64,000 bases of DNA, from the NCBI RefSeq assembly GCF_031769215.1, contig NW_026782742.1, positions 248,001-312,000 of the forward strand, given 5' to 3'. Positions 38,700 to 50,200 of the stretch are shown here, piece after piece; the first letter of the stretch is position 1; each line of letters opens with the position of its first letter. Origin of the DNA: Ylistrum balloti. Its lineage: Eukaryota. The notes below the pieces were generated by a model. The model worked only from the letters and a program-made list of their open reading frames with translations, was not told the DNA's origin and ran no database searches. A program made the position numbers and the translations under genes.

Positions 38700-39280
38700 A
38701 TTTGGAGCTGGACGTGTTTGATGCTTGTCTGTTGGTTCCATTGTGTGATATGAAGCTGCACGTGTTTGATGCTCGTTAGTTTTCCTGTTGGTTCCATTGT
38801 GTGATATGAAGCTGGACGTGTTAGATGCTTGTCTGTTGGTTCCGTTGTGCGATATGAAGCTGCACGTGTTTGATGCTCGTGAGTTTGCCTGTCGGTTCCG
38901 TTGTGCGATATGAAGCTGGACGTGTTAGATGCTTGTCTGTTGGTTCCGTTGTGCGATATGAAGCTGCACATGTTTGATGCTCGTGAGTTTTCCTGTTGGT
39001 TCCGTTGTGCGATATGAAGCTGGACGTATTTGATGCTTGTCTGTTGGTTCCATAGTATGGTATGAAGCTGCACGTGTTTGATGCTCGTGAGTTTTCCTGT
39101 TGGTTCCGTTGTGCGATATGAAGCTGGACGTGTTTGATGCTCGTTAGTTTTCCTGTTGGTTCCATTGTGTGATATGAAGCTGCACGTGTTTGATGCTCGT
39201 TAGTTTGTCTGTTGGTTCCATTGTGTGATATGAAGCTGCACGTGTTAGATGCTCGTTAGTTTTCCTGTTGGTTCCGTTGT
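38700..39280. repeat. Minisatellite of alternating 48-bp and 56-bp units (104-bp higher order), ~11 units
   Basis: gatatgaagctg-type starts at 38747, 38803, 38851, 38907, 38955, 39011, 39059, 39115, 39171, 39227. Confidence 0.95.
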
Positions 39281-40562
39281 TCTATACCTTGTCCTCATTT
39301 GAGAACATGACATTACTCACTTGGGTTGACCAAGGTTAACATGGCAGGCGTCGATGATAAAGCAGAAGGCGCTTACTCTTCCGGGACCTCTGATTTTATT
39401 TTCATTGTACTTTTGCAGGAGTCTCCTGTAAATAATTATTTGGTTCATATATTACCCGTGTTGTGTTGAATTTGAGTTTTGATTATGATTATGTTGACAT
39501 GATGCATTTTCTTGTTGTTTTCTTATGGTCCTATTTTGTAAACACTTTGTAGTTGCGATATTAGATAAGAACATCATTACGACTTGTAAAGGGTTTAACA
39601 AAGGAACACGTGTGCCCTTTGTAAAGAATTGACGCAACTAAAAGCTTATTTAAGCCAAAAACATTTTTTATATAAAGTAAGGCAGTTCGAACAATGTTTT
39701 CCTGGACAGTTCGAATTGAGGAGAAATACTGAGAGTCCCTGGATTACCTTAATTTACATTAACGAATCAATAAATCAGTTCCTCCTAATCTAGGATACCG
39801 ATTTGTTATACTCTTGTCGTAAGATGTCCGGAAACAAAAGGATTTTTACTGATTTCAGAATTTAACTGCTGTAATGTCAACGTTTACGCCAACAAACACG
39901 AACTGTAGTAGAATAACGATCAAAACAGAGCACACTGTTGACTGTGCATTACAGAGAAAACGACAAAATGTTTAGTATTAAATTTTGTGTGGGTTGTAGT
40001 ATGCGTCATTGATGCTGACGTCATCACTTCCTGTGTAGTGCACGACATTTGACAGTACAGTACCTTTTGTGTATAGATACAATAACACAAACACTTAAGC
40101 AGGCAAGACCAAAGAAATTTGCGTTTAGTATGTTTTATATTCACAAACTAAGATTAAACTTTAGAATGGAAATATAGAGGTCTTGTAACTCTGCTAATAT
40201 CATTGATGTTTTATTGTTAAGAGATAAAAATATCTGGGATATATTTTTCTGGCTAGGGAGTTTCTTATAAAACTATATCGATAATTTAAAGATTAAAACA
40301 TTCATATTATAAAGATCAACTGAAGTTTAACCTTTTTATATTGACAACCTTAGAAATTGTTATTTCTATTTATGAATTTCGTACAGATATAAACTTGATA
40401 CAGTATCATTTATTTTCTTATAATTTGGTGACGAATGAAAATAATTAAACACTAATCCAGCATTAAACTATGATCTAAGTTGCCTTGGCCTTAGATTCAT
40501 GTTCAACCGAGGTAATAACATTTCATCCATGTTTTACAGACGTTACACACAGATAAGTAAAC

Positions 40563-42181
40563 ATGAACGGGGTATTGCGTTGTGTAGCCTCATTTCTTCT
40601 ACTTTTCGGTAAGTATAAAAAAATGAATATATTTACAAATAATCATTTCTTGTATTATATATTCATTGATGCTAATCATAAGCTTGATATTACATGAATA
40701 TTAGTAAATATATGATTTCTATAATACCAATTTATTACAACCAGACAAAAGCTAACAATTTCATCAGTAATTTTCGAAATGAAATTCTGTTAAGATATTG
40801 ACAAATATTACTGCATTATTTTTTACATTCTGAGATAAAATTCAATTCATTTATTCTAAAACTTATATCTATATAGATGGTTTTTGTTGTTTCCAGTGAG
40901 AACGAGTAAGGGGGTCTGTAGGAGGGGGAAAAGTTTCAGTTATTTTATTTACCGAAAGCTGTAAGACCTTTAGTTATATAACCTTACGAAGTCCTTACAA
41001 AATTGATAATACAACGATATATGTCTTCATGTCTTTTTACGTCCGGTCAGGGAATGGTGTCAACACGGACATGAATAAATAAATGAATAAATAAATAAAT
41101 AAATAAATAAGAAAGAATATTTCGGTATTCATAATTACGTCGTTCCTTAATTGATGATAGAATTAAATATCAATAATTTATCTTTTTAAGTCTGATTTGA
41201 TCTTTGTTCTGAAAATGTAGACACCTTTAAAGTTAGAATGAATCTGTTTGTTTAGTAGCATGTTGTGTGGAGGCGAGTCCCGCACCTACGTCAGACGCCG
41301 CCCAATGTTCTCTGACCATCTGGAGCCAAAATACGTTCGACAACGTAACAAAGACAAAAATAAACGTTCGAGAAGGAGATACGGTCTCGCTCTCCTGTGA
41401 GTACCGTTGTCCAGGGGCCGAAGAGAACCCGCCCCCCATAGAATGGTTAGGACCTAGATACACCAGGATAAGGTCAGAAAAGGGCAGGTAAATATCCCTC
41501 CTCCTCCTCCTCCTCCTCCTCCTCCTCCTCCTCCTCCTTTCCTCCTCCTCCTCCCCCTCTTTATTCTTTTACATAGAAACCATCAATCATCGTCATGATG
41601 ATGATGATGATGATCATCATCAAGTTAAAGTGATCTTTCTGTGTGATTTAATAAGCTATTTGTCGTGGCCTGGCAGNNNNNNNNNNNNNNNNNNNNNNNN
41701 NNNNNNNNNNNNNNNNNNNNNNNNNNNNNNNNNNNNNNNNNNNNNNNNNNNNNNNNNNNNNNNNNNNNNNNNNNNNNNNNNNNNNNNNNNNNNNNNNNNN
41801 NNNNNNNNNNNNNNNNNNNNNNNNNNNNNNNNNNNNNNNNNNNNNNNNNNNNNNNNNNNNNNNNNNNNNNNNNNNNNNNNNNNNNNNNNNNNNNNNNNNN
41901 NNNNNNNNNNNNNNNNNNNNNNNNNNNNNNNNNNNNNNNNNNNNNNNNNNNNNNNNNNNNNNNNNNNNNNNNNNNNNNNNNNNNNNNNNNNNNNNNNNNN
42001 NNNNNNNNNNNNNNNNNNNNNNNNNNNNNNNNNNNTCATTATAATTTTAGGATATATGTGGACCCTGGAGTGAGTCCATGGATAAAATTACTGCACGTCC
42101 AGTCGGCTAGTGCCGATAATATCGGAGTCTACACTTGTCACGTGAGGGGAAGTCAATCCGTGCACGTGGACCTTGACTTAG
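40563..42181 (+). CDS. Signal peptide plus single immunoglobulin (I/V-set-like) domain protein, core exons
   Basis: Exons 40563-40608 (MNGVLRCVASFLLLF, donor gtaagt), 41256-41487 and 42051-42181, all in frame. The signal peptide ends ...ACCVEA; Ig signature VREGDTVSLSC...IEW...GRIYV...LLHV..A...N.GVYTC. Confidence 0.88.
41497..41615. repeat. (TCC)n and (GAT)n microsatellites
   Basis: Direct reading, in the Ig gene intron just before the gap. Confidence 0.9.
41677..42035. other. Assembly gap
   Basis: Run of N. Confidence 1.
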
Positions 42182-42553
42182 GTATGTAAAGGGCGGGGAA
42201 ACCCACCGCACTACACATGGTCTTAAATAATTCAATGAATGTATTTACATTCAAATAGTAGGAAGAACCAGACTCCTGCATGCGCTTGTCCGCGTGTGTA
42301 ATATTTTGCAATTGTTGTGGGTAATCGGTTTGCACAGTTCTAGCTTTTATTTGTATGACGTCATCATAAGAATGACATATTGAGTGTAATTAAGATGCGA
42401 AAGCATTTTGAAGGAAGAGAGAGAACATATGGAATTCACTTGTGGAATGATTCATATGTTTATACTGTATGAATTTTGATTTGTGATATTTAATTTAGCA
42501 TATCTTAAAACGTCAAACAATTATCTATTTTGAAAGAGATAGTGGTATATATA

Positions 42554-44035
42554 CTAGCGGAAAAAAGAAATTGTGCATGGGTATAATATGCTATAACTTA
42601 GGAGTTATATCAGAAATCGCCATAAAGGTTTCAACAGTTTTTTTTCTGACCTTTATATTTAACGTCAGCTCAATTGATATGGTTATTGCATCAGCAGCGA
42701 CTTGGATAGAGATCAGTTTTCACAGACGTTCTCTAAACAATGTTCAGCTCATCAATACCCTGTATATCCACCATTGGAATCGATGTATGCTTGACAACGA
42801 TGCCTCATTGATACGACAAGTGTTCTGAAAAATGCCTGGGGAATACCGTTCCATATTCTCACAAGCGCACGTGACAGGTCAGGTAACGTCAACGGCTGAC
42901 TATGAAGGCGACGTAAGCGACGCTGCATCTCATCCCACACGTGTTCTATAGGTGACCGTTCCGGTGACATTGCAGGCCAGCACAGCACAGTCACATTGTT
43001 CTAGGTCAAGAAGTTGGTGACGGTCCGCGCGACTTACGGACTATCGTCATCCTGTTGCAGCGTGGCGTTACGTTGCTGCACAAATAGAAGGACGCGAGGC
43101 CGGATGGTTTCTAATGTCTGTAAGAGTGCTGTCCACAACCACAAGAGTTGTTCTGCCATGTAATGAGATGCCACCCACATCATGACACTACATCTGCCAA
43201 ATGGACGTCGCTGAATTAAAAGACTGTCATGGAAACGTTCACCAACACGGCGGTACACTCTGGAACAACCGTTGCTGTTGTCGAGATGAAATCTGGACTC
43301 ATTCGTGAAAAGAACACGCGGCCAGTCCTGCCACGTGAAGTGTATGTGTCGTCTACTCCAGGCTAAACGTGCTACACGATGACGTTGCTGGAGAACAGGG
43401 CGTATGTCAGGACGTCGTGGACGTATGCCTGGTTCAAACAATCGATTACATACCGTTTGGGGACTCATTCTTCTAAGGCTATGAATACTTCTAGCCGTCA
43501 AAGAAGTTCTGAGTCGTTCACGGAGATGAACGAGCCGGAAATACGTATCCTGGGGATTAGATGTTACACACGTTACACGTGTTAGTCTTGAGCGAGGTCG
43601 GTCTCTGGTGGACCCAAACTGTCGGTACCGTCTCCACAGGGCGTTTACAGTATTTCGGTACACACCAAATTGTCTGGCAATGTCAGTATTACGCACACCA
43701 GCTTCGATCATGCCTACGGCACGGCATCTGCCAATTTCATTCAACCTTGGCATGCCGTATTAAAGACGTTTTTCAAAATCACGCTGCTTTTGAGTGTTAC
43801 ACTATGTTTTTACACTGGTTTAGGCGACAAAAGTGTTTCCGATTGGCTGCTGGCCGAAAAAGAACGTGAAAACGAAGACGTGGGCCAAACAGACAAACTA
43901 CCCGTGCAAATCATGCACTCATCAGTGTTAATGACGGAGAGGCATACACAACTTCAATGTTTTAAGTTTCAACCTTTCACTGATAAAATTGAGCTATACA
44001 TCAACATTTTACACATGCACATTTTTTTCCGTTAG
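42554..44035 (-). mobile_element. Full-length but inactive Tc1-family (DD34E) DNA transposon, 1482 bp
   Basis: TA on both sides (42552-42553, 44036-44037); imperfect TIRs ctagcggaaaaaagaaattgtgcat / atgcacatttttttccgttag; transposase on - between them. Confidence 0.93.
42752..43753 (-). pseudogene. Tc1 transposase pseudogene
   Basis: Paired-like HTH N-terminus (AVGMIEAG..DIARQFGV...TV..LWRRY), VLFTNESRF (D to N), a frameshift after SVMMW, QQDDDSP* in place of QQDNARPH, a second stop, and WPAMSPERSPIEHVWD. 34 residues separate the second D and the E. Confidence 0.92.
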
Positions 44036-44386
44036 TATATTTTAAATGCCCGGAAGAGGTATTGATTATACATATCAGATTCGGTCTGTCTGGATAGCTT
44101 AGTTTCTTCTTAAAACGGAACTTGTCCATCAAGGCATTTTAGCTTATCTGTCACTTAAAGAGGCCAGTTAATAAAAAGTAAGTATTAACGGAAAGGGAGA
44201 GAGGAACAAGATAACGATGAATGACATTGGATCTAGAATTACTGTGACGATAGTGAAGGAGTGTTTTTTCTGCTTAATTTTGGTCTGTAATGCTGCTCGG
44301 TATCTTAGAGAACAATAGATAACTCTTCAGGACAATGTGAAGGCTGGAAGTTGTTTATATATCAAAATTCTCTTTGTTTTTTTCAG

Positions 44387-44482
44387 AGGTGCAGGCCGAG
44401 GAATTCACTAACCTAGATCTAACCAGAGGGGAAGCTAGACCATTCGGTGATAGGTTTTACAAGTAGTTCCCACGTCGTATCG

Positions 44483-44525
<43 letters not shown>

Positions 44526-45743
44526 TATTTGTTTTATCGTATCTTATCTTATCAGATTTAACACATGTACCGTTAAGTGGTAAACTTGAAAATATTCAGT
44601 AAGATTTTAATTTTCACTCAAGTAACACGTGCATACATCAAATATACATTTATGTGTGAAATAGGTCAATGTAAGGTCGATAACTCTGTTTATTCTATTG
44701 GGTAGTCAACTATATACAATGTAGATACATGTAATTCTAATTAATTTCAAATCAGAATAGCAAAGGCAAACAGACGTTTTTTAAATAAAACTATTATCAT
44801 CAAAGTCTTTCACCACTGTTTATCATTATTATTATTATTGATATTGTTATTATTGACACCAGACACCCATTTTTGTAAGAATACACCCCTATGACACTTG
44901 GCGTTTAATGGTACATGTATAATGTTGGCTAGGCTGTCGGGAGGGCTAGGTCAATACATACCAATATTTGTGATTACTTTATACTATATACTTTACCACT
45001 AAATCCGGTGAAGGAATGGATGAAAAATAGCCAATTTGTTTCGCGTGCCAACCATGTGACGCATGCAAAATAGGACCTCGTGTTTCACTGTTTTAAGAGT
45101 TTCCATCCTTGGTTGGGAACAACAACAATTTGGATAGTTCTCGACTTAATTTTCTGAACTACTCTTAATACGAACAAACATCTTAGAATGAGGGAATTTC
45201 AGATACAATTTCCCTTGCATTTTCTACATATATCTTGTCAGAAAATTTTCATCTATATTTGCAAGACATATTACTCTAATGCGATGTGTTGTTTGTATCC
45301 TTCAGCAGTCGTTTGCTGTTTGTTAATTTGATGTGTTAACCGCCTATTGAACAGCCGGGGTCCTTTGGAGGCATAACCTTCTTGTAGTGGCGAGTGGTTA
45401 CATGTAACTGAACAACATACGGAAGCCCCGTCACATGTTGTCTAAGTTAATGTGCCTGGTAACACTGCAATCCACGGGAGCGTTTCTATCATTTCTTGTT
45501 GAATATAGTCTTGCATTAGGCGGGCTCTCAGTGGTTAGGTATTGTCGTCCATGACGATAGTCCTATTTGCCAATGGATGGGCATTGAAATGTGGAACAAC
45601 TGAAGATCGGGAAATCTGATAATTGTACTTTTTAATATTTCAGTGAAGGACTAGCAAGTGAAGCTTATGACATAGGGAGAATCATCCCGAAACAGTTACA
45701 CCACAAACAACCAAATGGTGCTGTTCCTAGAATGGAATTCTAA
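44387..45743 (+). CDS. Candidate 3' exons of the Ig gene (44387-44453 and 45644-45743)
   Basis: Strong acceptors (tctttgtttttttcag; tttttaatatttcag). Phases 1-2 and 2-stop fit: EVQAEEFTNLDLTRGEARPFGD-S-EGLASEAYDIGRIIPKQLHHKQPNGAVPRMEF*. The donor gtttta is weak; read-through gives ...GDRFYK*. Confidence 0.5.
44486..44522. repeat. (AT)n microsatellite
   Basis: Direct reading. Confidence 0.9.
45300..45560 (-). mobile_element. SINE fragment
   Basis: cgcctattgaacagccggggtcctttggaggc resembles the reverse complement of the SINE 3' end at 18640-18670. Confidence 0.5.
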
Positions 45744-47266
45744 TCATTTGCTTTATTTTGGGTCTCAAAACACGGTTTTTAAACAACATTCATAACTTAT
45801 CATAAAAAATCTACTTTCTTTAAAGATTACAACAAATTTGTAAATGTATATTGTGTATTGAGAATGATGAAGGAGACGACGATTAAAAAAACATCCAAAT
45901 GCAATTTCTCTCATATATAATTATATATTTATTTCATAAAGATTTCAGCCACATTGTACACGTATTTGCATATTGGACATAAAAAAAGTATTTCATGAAA
46001 CGGAATCAGCATTTCTGTTATATACAATACATATTTATTTCACAAAGATTTCGATAGAAAAATAAAAAGAACAACCATTGTACGTGTTTTTGCATATGAG
46101 TATACATATAAACACAGTCTTTGTGGAATGAAATGAACAGTCTTAAAACAAACGTTATTCGGGAGTTGTAAAAAAGATCAGTTTCGCAAGAAGAATTGGC
46201 ACAAAGGACCAAATAGCATTCATTGGCCGAATCTCCGTTGAGCACGACTTATCGAAGAAAACCGGCTAATTCTATCGTTTAGAAGTAACATTCGGAGGCA
46301 GTCTAAATGACCGACAAGTTCGGCTGAATTCTACAGTTCTGAAGAAACCTAATTAGTTATCCGGATTTAAATCTTAACCTCGTTATGTTGAGATATATTT
46401 TGCTTCGTTTATCCGAATTCATTTGCGATATAAAGAAGATCATGTATACCAAGATTTCTTTCGATATGGCAGGTCTTAAATCACTAATTTATGTTTTTCT
46501 TTTCAGAAATTTCAGAAACAATTTCAGAAAAGGAATTCTTTTCAGATAAAGAAATAATTAAAATGTCGGATAAATTTGAATATACTCGTGATAAAGACAT
46601 TTTTTTTGCAATTTGGAAAATTTGGAAACTCAAGAATCAGACTCTCCGTTATCCAGATTATATTATAAAACATTGATTATTATGTACTTGGAATCCGGAT
46701 ACATACGAGATAAACATTGTATTGTCCCCAATCTCAACCCCAAATCCTTATGCCACAATATAAAAAATACATCCTCCCGCTCAGAAATTCCTGCATTGTT
46801 TCATACTTGCAATTCAAAATAGAAGCAATTATTCCACAGGACCAGTTCGTTCCTGTACATGAGAAATGAGATCGAAATGTAAATATTGACTTGTGTTTGA
46901 GTGATAATTTGCTGTAGTGGTTCGCGGAAGTTTATGAGTTTTAGCGTTTTATATGATAATGAAATATGTCCTTTATGGAGAATACAAAACATCGACGCCA
47001 ATCGGACACAGTCGGCTTTCCTCAAACGAGAGCATGCTATTCCTTTTACGGAAAGTGCCGACAATTCCCGATAGTGACAAGGAAGTCTCGTCGTTATGTA
47101 ATTTTCATTATTTCTCTCACAACTCCTGCATACTAGCAAAAACACATCATACATTCATAACTTTGAATCCAGACATCCCGTGAACATTATGAATATGAAA
47201 ATGTATTGATTTTAAAATGATTTGCATAGTTTATATATACATGAAACAGTAGTTGACAATATCGGA

Positions 47267-50200
47267 TCATATTCTTGTCGGAGGTGATGACGTCGTCGAA
47301 TGCACGTGCGGTGATCTTCTGTTCAGCTGTTCCCTGGCGTATCGATCTCTGCTCTCGGTTGTGAACCTGTGTAAGTAGTCCCTCGCGTAAGATTCGAAGT
47401 GTTTTCGTTGTGAAATGTCACTGAGAGTTTGTTTGACTGACGAAAGCGGAGGAATTTCACCTATAACAAAGAAACAAATACATAGGGTTTGTTTATAAAC
47501 TATAAGATTAATTCCAAAGCTCTAAACTACATCGTGAGTGTAAACTGCAACTGTGAACGAATGAAACAGCAATTAAAAAAAAGATACCACGACATTTTAG
47601 ACTGTTAACAGTCGTTAATACAAACCTGTAAACGGTGACGTAGCTTCCGGTAAAAAGGTGGGAAGTGGCAAAACTGGCGGAAGGTTTAGAGGTAGACGAG
47701 GTAACCATGGAAACATGCTGCTCCGGACGGAAGTGAAAGCTGACGGACTGTAACTGACTGGAGAGAATGCGGGTGGTGTCACGTGGTATGGTTCAAGGCG
47801 GTGTCTCCAAACATCAAACATGCGTACTATATTCTTTTCCTGTTTCCTCCATTTCGCTCTACGATTTTGGAACCAAACCTGTAAATCACACGAAAGGAAT
47901 ATTAATACTTGAAACAAAACAATATTAGTTCTTTTCCTTAAAAGTTATATCAAAATGTCACATATTTACCACTCTTCAGAGCCATTTGTATCATGTTTCA
48001 GGACGAACTTGTCTACATCACTGAGCCAAATTATCAAAGGAATTGGCCAGGAACTGGGACATCCTTTAGCGTTGGTGGGACGGGGTGAATGGGTATTAAT
48101 GACAGTTAGATGTATCACTTTTTATCAAAACGTCACCGTGTTGGGCTTCATGGTGTTTCACCATTTTATATGTAAGTGTCTGTTAATGATCTTTTGTTAA
48201 TCACATGTTGAGATATTAGAAAATAGAATGTTGTGAACGGCACTGTGAACTTCTTGTAGCAATTTTATTGTATAATTCTACTGGAAATTGTGACCAAGGG
48301 GAGACCACTCGGTAATTTACAAGATGATGTATAATAATATATCAGTTGAACTCCCCAGATATACCCATCGAAGCTTGAATTCTGAAAAATCTTTATAAAA
48401 AGTCTAAGGCTGTCAATTATATCATTTTGTGCAGATTTAGAGTCATATTTCATATCAGGTACAAGTCATAGTTCCTATGATAAAAACTAACATACCATTT
48501 CAAAGTGGCAAGTGTTTCATCTCTCGGAATAAAATTATAATATTGCAAATATTTTGTAACTTTGCCAAGCGACTAATCCAAATCAAATTACATCAAGCAA
48601 AAACATGTTGGTTTCGAATTAAAATTTAAATGTGCGAATTAAGATTACAATTTTGTTTTAATTATCCTTAATTTAAAAAGTTATAATTATTCCATTGTGA
48701 AAATTACTTTTCAAAATTTAAGTTTCTAAACTTTAATTGAAAGCAGGAATAATAAATAGAGAAAAGGTTTTGCTTCGATTTAACAAAATCTGTTTTAATA
48801 CCTTTATCCTAATCACCGTATTTAATTCTTCGTTTGTTATAATCTTAATACTTTCCCTGAATAACAAACCTGCTCTTCGGTGTTATAAAAAGCGCCCTCG
48901 ATTTCAAAAAGGACAATTTTAACAAAATGAGTATCTCATCTGGATTAAAAATCATGTTTTATATCTTTAATCTCAATTTTTACTCGTTAAATTGACACGA
49001 TTTATATTAATTGAAAGTTTAGAGAAACGTAGACTAATTGGAAGATTTTGAAACAGGTATTAGGAGGACCAGCTTATATATCTAAATCTCGATATTTAAA
49101 TCTGTCTCGTTCTGTGATAGGTTTATGATTTATGTATCTTTTTTTTTACAAATCTGTTAATAATTGGGGAGATTTTTAACCAGAGATTAATTCGTGACAC
49201 CCTCCCGATTAGTCTTAAACGTCCTGTTTACGTCAGAAAGTCTGCACGTGCCAACCGCAGGGATAAACTCCTTATTTTTTTTTTATAAATACTTTGATAA
49301 TCTCATCTTTATCAAATTGTCATTTACAATCCAGAAGACAGTATGATTCAACCGATGTGAGAATACTAACGAAAAAAACACACTGACTAATCTTAACGTT
49401 ATCACTCAATCAGTGAGGTGGACGTAGGGGACAATGAAGAAGCAAGGGCGAGCACTAATTCTGGTTGTGGAAGAGATTTTCGTTGGAATTAGCACCTTGG
49501 TTTTATTCAAGAAATATCAATTTCTTAATACTATTTTAAATCTTTTCTTTCATTTGGTGATAGAATATATCTCTTGAAGTGTAATATAATCTATACGTAT
49601 TTAATTCCCTGATCAAACAAATCTCCAGGCCCGAAGCAAGACTTCGGAACCTATCGGATTAGAACAGGTTGTCAAAATGACACGGACTTTATTGTGTATA
49701 TTGATGGGTCATCTAAACTATCTGTTGGGTTATGTATGAAATGATATAATTATTTCTAATGTGTAATCTGTATTTAACCTCAATGTTTAACGATAAACAA
49801 ATATTTGTCTTATTGTTGTCAGTCTGTGCCCCTTGTTGGTGTGATGTATAACGATTATGTAATCGACCCAACAGGAGTTATTATCAAGCATTTTAGAAAA
49901 CTACGGTCTGAAAAGACGTGAAAAATATTAAATACACCCGTGACGTGTATTAACCGTCACGTGGAGAAATTAACAGAAATCAAAGATATCTCTCTCCGCA
50001 TGTTCGTATTTATAGCTTCTAAGACTATCTACTTTTAAACCGTTTTCAGAAAGTGTCCTATGGATTTTCAAATACCTAAAATTAATTTATTGTTTGTTAA
50101 AAAAAACTTGACAATATCCGACTTGTTTGTAATATCGCGTGAAGGAACAAGGTAAATCAATAATATAAAAAAACAAAAATAATTAATAAGAATTTTAAAG

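Noticed and set aside
38645-39165. Repetitive - strand ORFs, and the array as a CRISPR-like locus
   Set aside because: Derived from the minisatellite; the units have no unique spacers and there are no cas genes in this eukaryotic context.
44218-44453. Possible separate neuropeptide-like gene (hydrophobic ORF at 44218 plus ...RPFG)
   Set aside because: The candidate signal exon ends in phase 2 but the RPFG frame needs phase 1, and there is no dibasic site after the Gly.
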